From Longimicrobiales bacterium (GTDB taxonomy: Bacteria > Gemmatimonadota > Gemmatimonadetes > Longimicrobiales > Gaopeijiaceae): a stretch of 64,000 nt of DNA. Position 1 is the first letter of the stretch. Every line of letters begins with the position of its first letter. The stretch is taken from positions 192,001-256,000 of the forward strand of contig CBDFIQ010000002.1 of assembly GCA_965248195.1 (NCBI GenBank), written 5' to 3'. Made by a program: the position numbers and the translations under genes. A model generated the notes under the pieces. It did no database searches, was not told the DNA's origin, and was given only the letters and a program-made list of their open reading frames with translations. This document shows, in pieces, positions 45,274 through 54,963 of this stretch.

Positions 45274-47199
45274 ATGACAACCCAGAACATTTCCCGACTC
45301 CCCAAGAGTAACCCTGCGGGAAGCTTCTGGATCCTGGTGCTTCTGGTTTCCGCGTGCCACCAGCAGGCCGTCACGACCGCATCGGCCCCTCCAACGGAGA
45401 CTCCGGCGGAGGTCGCTCAGGCGGAAGGCGGCCCATCGGCGAACGTCCCACCCGCACCGGTCCCAGAGCCCGTAGCCTCTCCGCAGGCCCCCCCGGCGAC
45501 CCGGCGTCCTCCCCTCACTTGGGCGCAAAGGACGCTCGCACGGATGACGCTCCGCGAAAAAGTCGGGCAGCTGATGATGCCCTTCGTGCTCGGCAATTTC
45601 GCACCCGAAGGCAGTGAGACGCACGACCGCATCGTCAATGTGATTGAGCAAGAGAACGTCGGAGCGGTGATCATGTCGGTTGGGTCACCGAGCGAGGTGG
45701 CGGTCAAGCTCAACGACCTCCAGAATCACTCCAAGTATCCACTGTTGGTGGCCGCGGACCTGGAGACGGGGGCCGGATTCCGCTTCAGGGGAGCCGTTCA
45801 TATCCCGACGAACATCGCGCTGGGTGGGGCGACCACGTTCCCGTCGCTGATGGCGTTCGGTGCTACAGGCGACCCCCGGCATGCGTACCAATTGGGAAGA
45901 ATAACGGCGCTGGAGGCCCGCACCATGGGTGTCCACGTGCCTTTCGCTCCGGTCCTGGACGTCAACAACAACCCCGATAATCCGATCATCAACATTCGCT
46001 CCTTCGGGGAAGATCCGAATGCGGTCGCGGCCTTGGGCGCAGCCTTCGTTCGGGGCCTTCAGGATTATGGCGCTGTGGCGACCGGTAAACATTTCCCTGG
46101 CCACGGAGATACGGGAACCGACTCCCACCTGGATTTGCCCGTAATTCGAGTCGGGCGTGAGCGCCTCGATGCCGTCGAGTTGGTGCCCTTCCGCGCGGCC
46201 ATCGCTGCCGGCATGCAAGGTATCATGACGGCGCATATAGCGGTGCCGGAGATCAGTGGGGAGACGATTCCGGCGACCGTGTCCAAGCCGATGCTCACCG
46301 ACCTACTTCGGTCCGACCTGGGATTCGATGGGATCGTTTTTACCGATGCGATGGACATGGCCGCCGTAAACCGGCTCTTTCCCAGGGGCGAGGCCGCAGT
46401 GCGTGCCGTGCTGGCGGGAGCGGATGTCATTGTCATGCCACGAGACGTGAAGCAGGCCATCGATGCGATCATCGAAGCAATCGATGAAGGGCGACTGACC
46501 GAAGCCCGTCTCGATGAGTCGGTCGGCAGGTTGTTGCGCCTCAAGGAGGACTTGGACCTCGACGAAGAGCGCGCGGTACCCCTCGAGATGATTCCGCAAG
46601 TCGTGGGGGTGCCCGAGCACATGGAAATGGCGCGCGAGGTTGCTGAACGCTCGATCACACTGATCCAGAACGAGCGCAACTTGTTGCCTCTCCTGGGGAC
46701 GCGCAGGGCCCGCGTGATGTCCGTGAGCTTCCGTAATCCCGGGGACGTTCTGTCGGGGCGGTATTTCGACGGGCGGCTCCGCGAGACCTATCCCCGGCTC
46801 GTGACGAGATCTGTGGATGAGGGTACTAATTCAGAGGGCTACGAGGCGCTCCTCAATCGGGCGGGACGGTCCGACCTCGTGGTCGTGTCGGTCTATTCGA
46901 ACTACGCCGGCCGGGTCGAGCTTCCCGACGCCACCGTGGAGTTCGTGAACGAGCTCGCCAGAAGGAGAATCACACACGTCGTGATCTCGTTCGGGAATCC
47001 TTACCTGATCTCGCTGTTTCCGGATGCTCAGGTGTATCTGTTGGCGTGGAGTTCGGCTCAGGTCAGCCAGCAGGCGGCGGCGGACGCTTTGTTTGGGGAC
47101 GTCGCGATCACCGGCCGCAGCCCCATTCGAATGGACCCGTTCTTCGAAGTGGGTGACGGTATCCAGGTACCGCTGAAGGTGAGTGTCGGTGGGAGGTAG
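45274..47199 (+). CDS. nagZ: GH3 beta-N-acetylglucosaminidase (NagZ-type), lipoprotein
   Basis: Lipobox VSA-C, APVLDVNNNPDNP.I..RSFGED, KHFPGHGDTGTDSH, nucleophile TDAM, SFGNPY. Confidence 0.92.
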   Translation: MTTQNISRLPKSNPAGSFWILVLLVSACHQQAVTTASAPPTETPAEVAQAEGGPSANVPPAPVPEPVASPQAPPATRRPPLTWAQRTLARMTLREKVGQLMMPFVLGNFAPEGSETHDRIVNVIEQENVGAVIMSVGSPSEVAVKLNDLQNHSKYPLLVAADLETGAGFRFRGAVHIPTNIALGGATTFPSLMAFGATGDPRHAYQLGRITALEARTMGVHVPFAPVLDVNNNPDNPIINIRSFGEDPNAVAALGAAFVRGLQDYGAVATGKHFPGHGDTGTDSHLDLPVIRVGRERLDAVELVPFRAAIAAGMQGIMTAHIAVPEISGETIPATVSKPMLTDLLRSDLGFDGIVFTDAMDMAAVNRLFPRGEAAVRAVLAGADVIVMPRDVKQAIDAIIEAIDEGRLTEARLDESVGRLLRLKEDLDLDEERAVPLEMIPQVVGVPEHMEMAREVAERSITLIQNERNLLPLLGTRRARVMSVSFRNPGDVLSGRYFDGRLRETYPRLVTRSVDEGTNSEGYEALLNRAGRSDLVVVSVYSNYAGRVELPDATVEFVNELARRRITHVVISFGNPYLISLFPDAQVYLLAWSSAQVSQQAAADALFGDVAITGRSPIRMDPFFEVGDGIQVPLKVSVGGR

Positions 47200-50100
47200 G
47201 ACGTTCGCTTGCGCGGCTGTTCTGATAGTCCTGTGGTCGAGTGGGTGTGGGGGGATGGGCGGATCCACGTCGATCGGTGCCTCGAGCGCGTTCGGTGGGG
47301 GGTCCTTTGCGGCCGCCGGTCCAGTGACTCCCGGCCGGGCGTCGCTGGGCGCGGACGGCCGACGGTGGGTCGATGAGACCCTGTCTTCGCTGACCCTCCG
47401 GCAACAGGTCGCCCAACTCGTAATCCAATGGCTTCCCGGCTCATTCGCGTCGACCAGTAGCCCCGAATTTCAAGAATGGGCGCGGTGGGTGGAGGACGAC
47501 GAGATCGGTGGCATCTATCTGTCGATAGGGCTTCCGCATTCGTACGCTGCCAAGATCAACGAGTTACAGGCTCGGTCCAGGATCCCGCTGTTGGTGACCT
47601 CCGATTTCGAGAACGGTGGGCCCGGTATGCGGATCAACCATTCGTATGCGCTGCCGTCGCTTCTTCCGCTGGGTGGCGGAACGAGCTTCCCGCCCACGAT
47701 GGCCTTCGGGGCCATCGGGCATGAACGCTTCGCTCGCGAGTACGGCCGGATTACCGCGGTGGAGGCGAAGGCCGTGGGGCTGCATCTCAATTTCGCGCCG
47801 GTTCTGGACGTGAACTCGAATCCGGAAAACCCGGTGATCAACACCCGTTCCTTCGGGGAGGACCCGGAGACGGTGGCCCGTCTCGGAGCCGCCTTCATCG
47901 AGGGCTCTCACGAAGGCGGAGTCCTGGCGACCGCGAAGCATTTCCCCGGGCATGGTGACACCCAGACGGATTCTCATGTGGCGCTTCCGGTGGTACCGGC
48001 GGATTTGGCCCGGCTCAACTCCTTGGAGCTCGTGCCCTTCCGGAAGGCCATCGATCAGGGCGTGGATGCGGTTATGACCGCCCACGTGGTGGTGGCCGGA
48101 GTGCAAGGGTTGGAAGGAGCGCCGGCCACGTTCGATGCACGAATCATGACCGACCTGCTGCGGGACGACCTGGGTTTCGACGGGCTCCTCTTCACGGACG
48201 CGCTCGTCATGGGCGCTCTCGCGGAACGGTATGGCACCGGAGACGTTGCGGTCCTGGCTCTCCAGGCCGGCAGTGATGTGCTCCTGATGCCAACCGATGT
48301 GACGGAGGCCATCGATGCCGTGATGACCGCCGTGGACCAAGGACGGCTCGAACCCGATCGAATCCGCACGTCCGCACGTCGGGTCCTCGAGACGAAGGCT
48401 CGGGCCGGCCTGCACATGGGTCGGATGGTCGATCTGGACGCTGTCGACGACGTGGTGGGGACGGCGGCCCATTTGGCGTTCGCGGACACGGTCGCGACCC
48501 GATCCATCACGCTTCTCAGGGATCGGGACGCCGTCCTGCCAGTGGATGCACGCTGGACGAGGAGGGTCCTCAGCCTGACATACGGACGCCCGGACGATCT
48601 CATCGCCGGCAGCACGTTCGATGCGGCGCTCGCGAGCATAGTCGAGGTGACGGAGCGGGTAAGGGTCGGACCCGACACGCCTGCGGAGGTCTACGACTCG
48701 CTCAAGGGTTTGGCTGGGGAGGCCGACCTGGTGATCGTAAGTGTGTACGCACCCCCAAGGTCGGGGACGGGGGAGGTCTCTGTGTCCGAGGAGATGGCGG
48801 ACTTTATCGCAGCGGTCGGTCCAGAGCGCCCGATGATGGTGATCTCCTTCGGCAATCCCTATCTGCTGGCGGCTTTGCCGGGATCACCCGGGTATCTGAT
48901 CGCCTGGGGAGCGCACGAGGTTTCGCAAAAGGCCGCGGTGAGGGTGCTCTTCGGTCAGGCGGCCATCAGCGGGCGCCTGCCTGTGTCCATCCCGCCCTAT
49001 CACGGAATCGGGGATGGGCTCACGCGTTCGGCGCTGCCGGATCCGGTCGACGTGCCCCGGTCCCCGGTGGAGGTCGATCCGGAGACCGTGGGCATGGACG
49101 CCGATCGCCTCGCGGAAATCGACACCCTGGTGGTCCGAGCGCTGGCCGACTCGGCGGCACCGGGAGCGGTTCTTGCGATCGGGCGGCACGGGCGGTTCGT
49201 ACGCCTTCGCGGCTATGGGAAGCTGGATTGGGCCGAGTCAGCTCGCCCCGCCGACACCCGTTCCATCTACGATCTCGCATCGCTCACCAAGGTGGTGGGA
49301 ACCACCACGGCGGCCATGCTGTTGGTGGATGAGGGGAGTCTGGATCTGGATGCTCCGGTGGTCGATTATCTTCCGTGGTGGGCGGCTGGTGACCCGGCCA
49401 AGGAGAGCGTGACGGTCCGCCATCTCTTGCTTCACAGGGCCGGGCTGCCTCCGTTTCGACGGTTTTATCTCGAGATGGAAGGAAGACCCGCCTATTTGAG
49501 CGCCATCGCCGGTTTGGAATTGGATTACGAACCCGGTACCCGGACGGTCTATTCCGACATCGGTCTCATGACCCTGGCCTTCATCATCGAGAGGATGAGC
49601 GGCCAGGGACTCGATGAGTTTCTGGAACAAAGAGTGTGGGGCCGCCTAGGGATGCGCGATACGAGATTTCGGCCCGCTCGAGCGCTCAGAGACCGCATCG
49701 CGCCCACGGAGGTCGACACGGTTCTCCGGAACACGCATGTGCATGGGGTCGTCCACGACGAGAACGCCTATGCGATCGGTGGGGTCGCCGGGCACGCGGG
49801 CCTTTTCTCCACCGCCTCCGACCTTGCGGTCATTGCCCAGGTGCTCCTAGAGGGGGGGCGAGTGGTCGGATGTGAGCGGGAGGATTCGGATGGTCTCGGA
49901 GTGGGTGGCAATGGCGGGGGGAGGATTTGTGCCGCCGGCAGTGCGGGTAGCGTGCGATTGGTGTCAGAGGAGACCGTGCGAGCGTTCACGAGGCGGTTCG
50001 ATTCGCAAGCCTCCCGCGCAATGGGCTGGGACACGCCCGGCGATCGATCTTCGGCCGGCGATTATTTTACATGGAGCGCGTTCGGGCACACAGGCTTCAC

Positions 50101-50269
50101 CGGAACCTCGATCTGGATCGATCCCGAGCTCGACATGTTCGTCGTGCTGTTGACCAACCGAGTGAACCCCACGAGGAACAATGACAAGCACGTACCGCTC
50201 CGCCGCGCCCTCCACGATCTGGCTGCACTGGCGATCACCGACCTGCAGGTTTCACTCCGTGGAGGCTGA
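47183..50269 (+). CDS. GH3 NagZ fused to a C-terminal class-C beta-lactamase-fold serine hydrolase (AmiE-like), lipoprotein
   Basis: Lipobox SSG-C, KHFPGHGDTQTDSH, TDAL. Then ASLTK (SxxK), YSD, GVVHDENA..IGGVAGHAGLFS, FGHTGFTG, LLTNRV. Confidence 0.92.
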   Translation: MSVGGRTFACAAVLIVLWSSGCGGMGGSTSIGASSAFGGGSFAAAGPVTPGRASLGADGRRWVDETLSSLTLRQQVAQLVIQWLPGSFASTSSPEFQEWARWVEDDEIGGIYLSIGLPHSYAAKINELQARSRIPLLVTSDFENGGPGMRINHSYALPSLLPLGGGTSFPPTMAFGAIGHERFAREYGRITAVEAKAVGLHLNFAPVLDVNSNPENPVINTRSFGEDPETVARLGAAFIEGSHEGGVLATAKHFPGHGDTQTDSHVALPVVPADLARLNSLELVPFRKAIDQGVDAVMTAHVVVAGVQGLEGAPATFDARIMTDLLRDDLGFDGLLFTDALVMGALAERYGTGDVAVLALQAGSDVLLMPTDVTEAIDAVMTAVDQGRLEPDRIRTSARRVLETKARAGLHMGRMVDLDAVDDVVGTAAHLAFADTVATRSITLLRDRDAVLPVDARWTRRVLSLTYGRPDDLIAGSTFDAALASIVEVTERVRVGPDTPAEVYDSLKGLAGEADLVIVSVYAPPRSGTGEVSVSEEMADFIAAVGPERPMMVISFGNPYLLAALPGSPGYLIAWGAHEVSQKAAVRVLFGQAAISGRLPVSIPPYHGIGDGLTRSALPDPVDVPRSPVEVDPETVGMDADRLAEIDTLVVRALADSAAPGAVLAIGRHGRFVRLRGYGKLDWAESARPADTRSIYDLASLTKVVGTTTAAMLLVDEGSLDLDAPVVDYLPWWAAGDPAKESVTVRHLLLHRAGLPPFRRFYLEMEGRPAYLSAIAGLELDYEPGTRTVYSDIGLMTLAFIIERMSGQGLDEFLEQRVWGRLGMRDTRFRPARALRDRIAPTEVDTVLRNTHVHGVVHDENAYAIGGVAGHAGLFSTASDLAVIAQVLLEGGRVVGCEREDSDGLGVGGNGGGRICAAGSAGSVRLVSEETVRAFTRRFDSQASRAMGWDTPGDRSSAGDYFTWSAFGHTGFTGTSIWIDPELDMFVVLLTNRVNPTRNNDKHVPLRRALHDLAALAITDLQVSLRGG

Positions 50270-50311
50270 CCCGACCGGATACCCTGACTCGTCGACACCC
50301 CGGGGGGGCGC

Positions 50312-51793
50312 CTGAACGCCTTCACCCCGCTCGACTTCGGCGTACTCCTGGTCTACCTCGCGGGGGTGACGGCGTGGGGGGCGTGGCTGGGACGCGGGCA
50401 GACCGGCGGGCAGGACTACTTCCTCGGGAACAGGGAGCTTCCATGGGTCGCAGTAATGCTGTCCGTGGTCGCCACTGAGACCAGCACCCTCACTTTCTTG
50501 AGTATCCCTGGTGTTTCGTACCTGGGAACGCTCGCGTTTCTCCAACTGACGTTCGGGTATCTGGCTGGCCGGGTGGTGGTGTCGATGTTCCTGCTTCCGG
50601 CCTACTACCGCGGCGACCTGGCCACTGCCTACGCGCTTCTCGAACAACGTTTTGGGCAGAGGGCCCGGCGGTTCGCCTCGGCAGTCTTCATGGTCACACG
50701 GCTGCTGGCCGACTCCGTGAGGCTTTTCGCCACTGCGATCCCTCTGGCCCTGGTTACGGGGTGGGATTATCCGGTGTCGATCGTCGTGATTGGGGCGATC
50801 ACGGTCGTGTATACCTATTTCGGGGGAATCAAGGCCGTCGTCTGGGTGGATGCCGTTCAGATGGGCCTTTACCTCTTGGGCGCCCTCGTGGCGATCGGGG
50901 CGCTTCAGGTGCTCACGCCGGAGGGGTGGGCGGGCATTCTGAGTAGTGCGGGTGCGGCCGGCAAGTTGGCCGTCCTGGACTTGTCCCTCGACTTCGCGGT
51001 GCCGTATACGCTCTGGGCGGGGGTCCTGGGGGGTGGGTTTCTCACGATGGCGTCGCATGGGACCGATCAACTCATCGTCCAGCGGTTGCTCACATGTCGG
51101 AATCTTGCGGCCAGCAAGAAGGCGCTGGTGGGAAGCGGCGTCGTAGTGATCGGTCAGTTTCTGCTGTTCCTGGTCGTGGGTCTCGGGCTATGGGTGTATT
51201 ACGGAGGCAGAGCCTTCAATACCAGCGACGAAATTTTTGCCCGGTTTGTGGTAGAGGTGCTCCCTCCGGGCATTAGCGGGTTACTCGTCGCTGGGGTCTT
51301 CGCCGCAGCGATGTCTTCGCTCTCTTCGTCGATCAACTCGCTCGCGTCGGCCGCGGCATACGATTTTTGGGCTCCCCTGGCCGGCGCCGAGGACGATGAG
51401 GTCCGTACGCTGCGAGCGGGGAAGGTGTTCACACTCGTGTGGGCCACCCTTCTGGTCGGTGGGGGCGTGTTGTTCATCCCGCTCAGCGAGGGAAACGCGG
51501 CGGTGGAGGTAGCCCTAGCCATCGCCTCCATGGTTTATGGAGGTCTGCTGGGGATGTTCATCCTGGCGGTTCGTTCGCGGAGGGCCGACCAACGCAGTGC
51601 CATCGTTGGGATGATCGCGGGCATTGGCGTGGTCACGATCATTTGGATCTTCGCCCGTGCCGATGTGGCGTGGCCCTGGTTCGTGCCGATCGGCACGGCT
51701 GTCACCGCGAGTGTCGGCTGGGTGCTGGGGCGGGGCAACGGATCGGCTCCAGGATCACGCTCTGCCACCGCGAGTCCTGCGGCTTCGGGCTGA
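50312..51793 (+). CDS. Sodium:solute symporter (SSS), predicted amino-sugar importer; probable CTG start at 50312
   Basis: DYFLG.R.LPW, SVVATETS, GGIKAVVW.D, GTDQ..VQR.L, AAAMSSLSSS.NSLA. The frame extends upstream to CTG-NAFTPLDFGVLLVYL after a G-rich RBS. Confidence 0.92.
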   Translation: MNAFTPLDFGVLLVYLAGVTAWGAWLGRGQTGGQDYFLGNRELPWVAVMLSVVATETSTLTFLSIPGVSYLGTLAFLQLTFGYLAGRVVVSMFLLPAYYRGDLATAYALLEQRFGQRARRFASAVFMVTRLLADSVRLFATAIPLALVTGWDYPVSIVVIGAITVVYTYFGGIKAVVWVDAVQMGLYLLGALVAIGALQVLTPEGWAGILSSAGAAGKLAVLDLSLDFAVPYTLWAGVLGGGFLTMASHGTDQLIVQRLLTCRNLAASKKALVGSGVVVIGQFLLFLVVGLGLWVYYGGRAFNTSDEIFARFVVEVLPPGISGLLVAGVFAAAMSSLSSSINSLASAAAYDFWAPLAGAEDDEVRTLRAGKVFTLVWATLLVGGGVLFIPLSEGNAAVEVALAIASMVYGGLLGMFILAVRSRRADQRSAIVGMIAGIGVVTIIWIFARADVAWPWFVPIGTAVTASVGWVLGRGNGSAPGSRSATASPAASG

Positions 51794-51800
51794 CCGTCGC

Positions 51801-52706
51801 GTGAGCTTTTTTTTGGGCATCGACGGGGGAGGAACTCGCACCCGGGTGGCGCTCGCCGACGGAGAGGGCCGGGAATCCGCCCGCGCCGAGGGGCCGCCCA
51901 CGCTGATCGATCCCGCCGACCCGAAGGCGACCATCGGTGTGATCGTGGACCTGTGCCGCGAGGTGGCGGCAAAAGGCGGAGCGGATCTGCCGGTGGCGGG
52001 CCTTTGGGCGGGGATCGCAGGGGCAGGCACCGAGCCCATGAAGGGTGTCGTGGAAACGGCGCTTCGGGAGGCGGGGCTGTCGTCGCGCACGTCGGTGGGA
52101 GCCGACGCCGAGGCGACCTTTCACGACGCCTTCCCGTCCGGTCCCGGGATCTTGCTGATCTCGGGCACGGGATCCATCGCCCTGGCGAGGGGAGGCGATG
52201 GCTCGAGGGTTCGGGTGGGGGGGTGGGGTGTGCATCTGGGGGACGAGGGAAGCGGCTATCAAATCGGGATGGCCGCTCTACGAGCACTCACTCGGGGCGA
52301 GGACGGCCGTGGCGTGCCCACCAAGCTTCGGGATCCGGTCCTCGAGGCCTTGGGAGTGGCCGGTCCACCAGAGCTGATCAAGTGGACGGCAACGTCGCGG
52401 AAGGCCGACGTGGCTGCCCTGGTCCCACTCATCTGCGAGGTGGCGGAGGCCGGGGACCAAGCCGCCACGACTGTCATCGAGAAGGCAGTGGACGAACTCG
52501 TCGAGCATGTCCGGACGCTGGTGCGGCGCCTCGAACCCTGGCCGGCCACTCCCGAGGTTGCCCTCGCGGGGGGGCTGATCGAACAGGCCGGGCCGCTTCG
52601 GCTCCGAGTAATCCGGGCTTTCGAAGGACTCCCCTGCCGGCATCGAGATCGTGCCGTGGATGGCGCGAGGGGAGCCTGCTCGCTGGCGGCGGGCTTGTTC
52701 GCCTAA
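51801..52706 (+). CDS. BadF/BadG/BcrA/BcrD-family N-acetylglucosamine/N-acetylmuramate kinase (MurK-like)
   Basis: LGIDGGGT.TR, GIAGAG, ISGTGS, RVGGWG..LGDEGSGY.IG. Confidence 0.88.
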   Translation: MSFFLGIDGGGTRTRVALADGEGRESARAEGPPTLIDPADPKATIGVIVDLCREVAAKGGADLPVAGLWAGIAGAGTEPMKGVVETALREAGLSSRTSVGADAEATFHDAFPSGPGILLISGTGSIALARGGDGSRVRVGGWGVHLGDEGSGYQIGMAALRALTRGEDGRGVPTKLRDPVLEALGVAGPPELIKWTATSRKADVAALVPLICEVAEAGDQAATTVIEKAVDELVEHVRTLVRRLEPWPATPEVALAGGLIEQAGPLRLRVIRAFEGLPCRHRDRAVDGARGACSLAAGLFA

Positions 52707-52722
52707 TCCACTACGTTCGGGT

Positions 52723-54024
52723 TCACGAGTTGGCCACGTACTCGTCAATCGCGTCGCGGAGCGACTTTAGGATCCACGCCCGCTTTCTGTCATCGGATTC
52801 GAGGAGCGTGGCGCGGAAGCCGTGGTGCTCGCACTGAAAGCCCGTCAGGGGGACTACCACGATGCCGGTGGCTCCCATCAGGTAGTAGACGAAGCGCTTA
52901 TCGGGCTCCACGCCCTCCGTCAATCGCTCGGTGGCTTCCCTGATCTTCGGATTCTCGATGCGCAGAGACTGACTGTCGTCGAGGAGCCCGTCCTTGAACA
53001 TGATCGTGTAGTAGAAGGCGCCCCCCGGTTTGTTGAAGACGATATGCTCGCAATCGGTGAACACGTCGCTCACCTCGTCAGCCCGTTCGGAGAACTGTTT
53101 CGCCCGAGCGTCGAGATGCCCGGGATAACGAGGGTCTCCCATGATGCGGGGGATGGACATCTGAGGGAGCGTCGTGGAGGACACTTCCAGGCGTTTCGCG
53201 GCGAGCAGGCTGTCCACATAATGTGCGAACTTGCTGTCCTTGTCCTTGTTGAGGATCTCCAGCCAGCCACAGCGCGCACCGGGCCACGGGAACTCCTTGC
53301 TGATCCCCCGCATCGCAATACCGGGCACGTCCCCGATCCATTCGCTCATGTGGAGGCGGCCTGTGCCGTTGTAAACGATGTTGGCGTAGATCTCGTCCGC
53401 GATCAAAAACACATCGTATTCATGGGCGATGGCCGCGATTTTCTCCACGATCTCGCGAGGGTAGACGGCCCCCGTCGGGTTGTCCGGCGTAAGCAGTAGA
53501 ATGCCGGCGATGGAATCGTTGTATTTGACCTTTTTTCGGATGTCATCGACATCCGGCATCCACCCGTTGTAGGGGTCCAGGTCGTAGGTCACGTGGCTGT
53601 ACCCGGAGTGGGCCGCTTCGGCCGAGGAGTGTGTGCTGTACGCCGGCGAGGGGCCCAGGATGCGGGCCTCACGGTTGAGGAAGCCGTAGACCTTCGCCAC
53701 GGCGTCGCCCAGACCGTTGAAGAACATGATCTCGTCCGGCGAAACCCGAACGCCGTCTCGCCCGTTGACCTCCTCCGCAAGGAATTCGCGGGTCTCGGGC
53801 ACACCCTGAGTATCGCAGTAGGCCCAGGACGGCCCCTCATGCACGAGGTCCGAGATCGTGTCACGGATCCATTTCGGGGGAACCTCTCCCTTCTGCACCG
53901 GATCTCCGATGTTCTCCCACGTGAGCTTCACGCCCAAGCGTTCGAGATCGTGGGCCGCCACGACGATCTCGCGGATTTCGTACTTGAGGTTCGCCGCGCC
54001 GTCGTGAAGCAGGTTTCTACGCAC
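52723..54024 (-). CDS. Class I PLP aminotransferase (AlaA-like family), last gene of the dap operon
   Basis: YEIR, ENIGDP, PDNPTGAVY, DEIY, GISKEFPWPGARCGW. Starts 6 bp after the dapD stop. Confidence 0.9.
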   Translation of the reverse strand: MRRNLLHDGAANLKYEIREIVVAAHDLERLGVKLTWENIGDPVQKGEVPPKWIRDTISDLVHEGPSWAYCDTQGVPETREFLAEEVNGRDGVRVSPDEIMFFNGLGDAVAKVYGFLNREARILGPSPAYSTHSSAEAAHSGYSHVTYDLDPYNGWMPDVDDIRKKVKYNDSIAGILLLTPDNPTGAVYPREIVEKIAAIAHEYDVFLIADEIYANIVYNGTGRLHMSEWIGDVPGIAMRGISKEFPWPGARCGWLEILNKDKDSKFAHYVDSLLAAKRLEVSSTTLPQMSIPRIMGDPRYPGHLDARAKQFSERADEVSDVFTDCEHIVFNKPGGAFYYTIMFKDGLLDDSQSLRIENPKIREATERLTEGVEPDKRFVYYLMGATGIVVVPLTGFQCEHHGFRATLLESDDRKRAWILKSLRDAIDEYVANS

Positions 54025-54030
54025 TGTGTA

Positions 54031-54963
54031 TTAGCGAAGCGCCTCTTCGAGCGCGGTGGCGGCGTCTGTCGAGGCGTCGCGGTATTTGACGATGATCGGA
54101 GCGTATAGATGGATCCCGTGTTCGTGGGCGAACGGCCCCGACGCCTCGCGCGCGCCGGGCACGACCACGGCTCCGGGGGGGATCGTGAGGGGTCGTCCGG
54201 GAGTGGCGCGGTAGGTCGCTGCCCGTACCAGATCGTACACCGTGGTCGACGAGGTGAGTTGGACACCCGGCGCCAGCACGGCCCGCTCTCCGACCAACGT
54301 CCCCTCGAATACGCCCACGTTACCACCGATCATTGCGTCGTCCTCCACGATCACCGGGCGAAGCCCCACCGGCTCCAGGACGCCACCGAGCTGCGCCCCG
54401 GCGCTCAGATGCACGCGCTCGCCCACCTGGGCGCACGATCCCACCAGGGCGTGGGAATCGATCATCGTGCCCTGGCCTACATACGCCCCGACGTTCACGA
54501 ATGCCGGCGGCATGATGATCACGTTCTTGCCGAGGAAGGCGCCGGAGCGGACCGACGTACCGCCCGGAACGAGGCGGATGTTCTCTTCGACGCCTCGGGT
54601 ATCCCGGAGAGGCAACGTGTCTTTGTCGAAATAGGGAGCTGAAGCGCCCGAGAACTCGCGGACCCGGCCAATGCGGAATGCGAGGAGAATCCCGACCTTG
54701 ACCCACTCCACGGCCTGCCATTCCTCGCCGACCTTCCGTGCCGAGCGCACCGCGCCCAGCGTGAGCGCGTCCATGAGGGCGTTGACCGCGGTCCGTGCCT
54801 CATCCGGGTCCGTGTCTCGCCCGTCCTGGGAGCAGCGAAGGATCCGAGCTTCGAGCTCCTTCAGATCTTCCTGCGTGCCCTGATTCCCCTCGGTGCCCGG
54901 ACCTCCTTGGCCGTCTGTGGCGCCGTCGGTCCCGGATTCGCTACGCACCCCTGCTCGGGTCAC
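54031..54963 (-). CDS. dapD: Tetrahydrodipicolinate N-succinyltransferase
   Basis: W....WVK.GILL.F, FVNVGAYVG.GTMIDSHALVGSCAQVG, GGVLEP. Confidence 0.95.
   Translation of the reverse strand: MTRAGVRSESGTDGATDGQGGPGTEGNQGTQEDLKELEARILRCSQDGRDTDPDEARTAVNALMDALTLGAVRSARKVGEEWQAVEWVKVGILLAFRIGRVREFSGASAPYFDKDTLPLRDTRGVEENIRLVPGGTSVRSGAFLGKNVIIMPPAFVNVGAYVGQGTMIDSHALVGSCAQVGERVHLSAGAQLGGVLEPVGLRPVIVEDDAMIGGNVGVFEGTLVGERAVLAPGVQLTSSTTVYDLVRAATYRATPGRPLTIPPGAVVVPGAREASGPFAHEHGIHLYAPIIVKYRDASTDAATALEEALR

Noticed and set aside
45246..45275. Sigma-70 promoter (TTGACA) for the nagZ operon
   Set aside because: Perfect -35, but no convincing -10 at 16-18 bp spacing.
49050..50269. Beta-lactam resistance gene
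   Set aside because: The beta-lactamase-fold domain is fused to NagZ in a cell-wall salvage locus, so an amidase or esterase role is more plausible.
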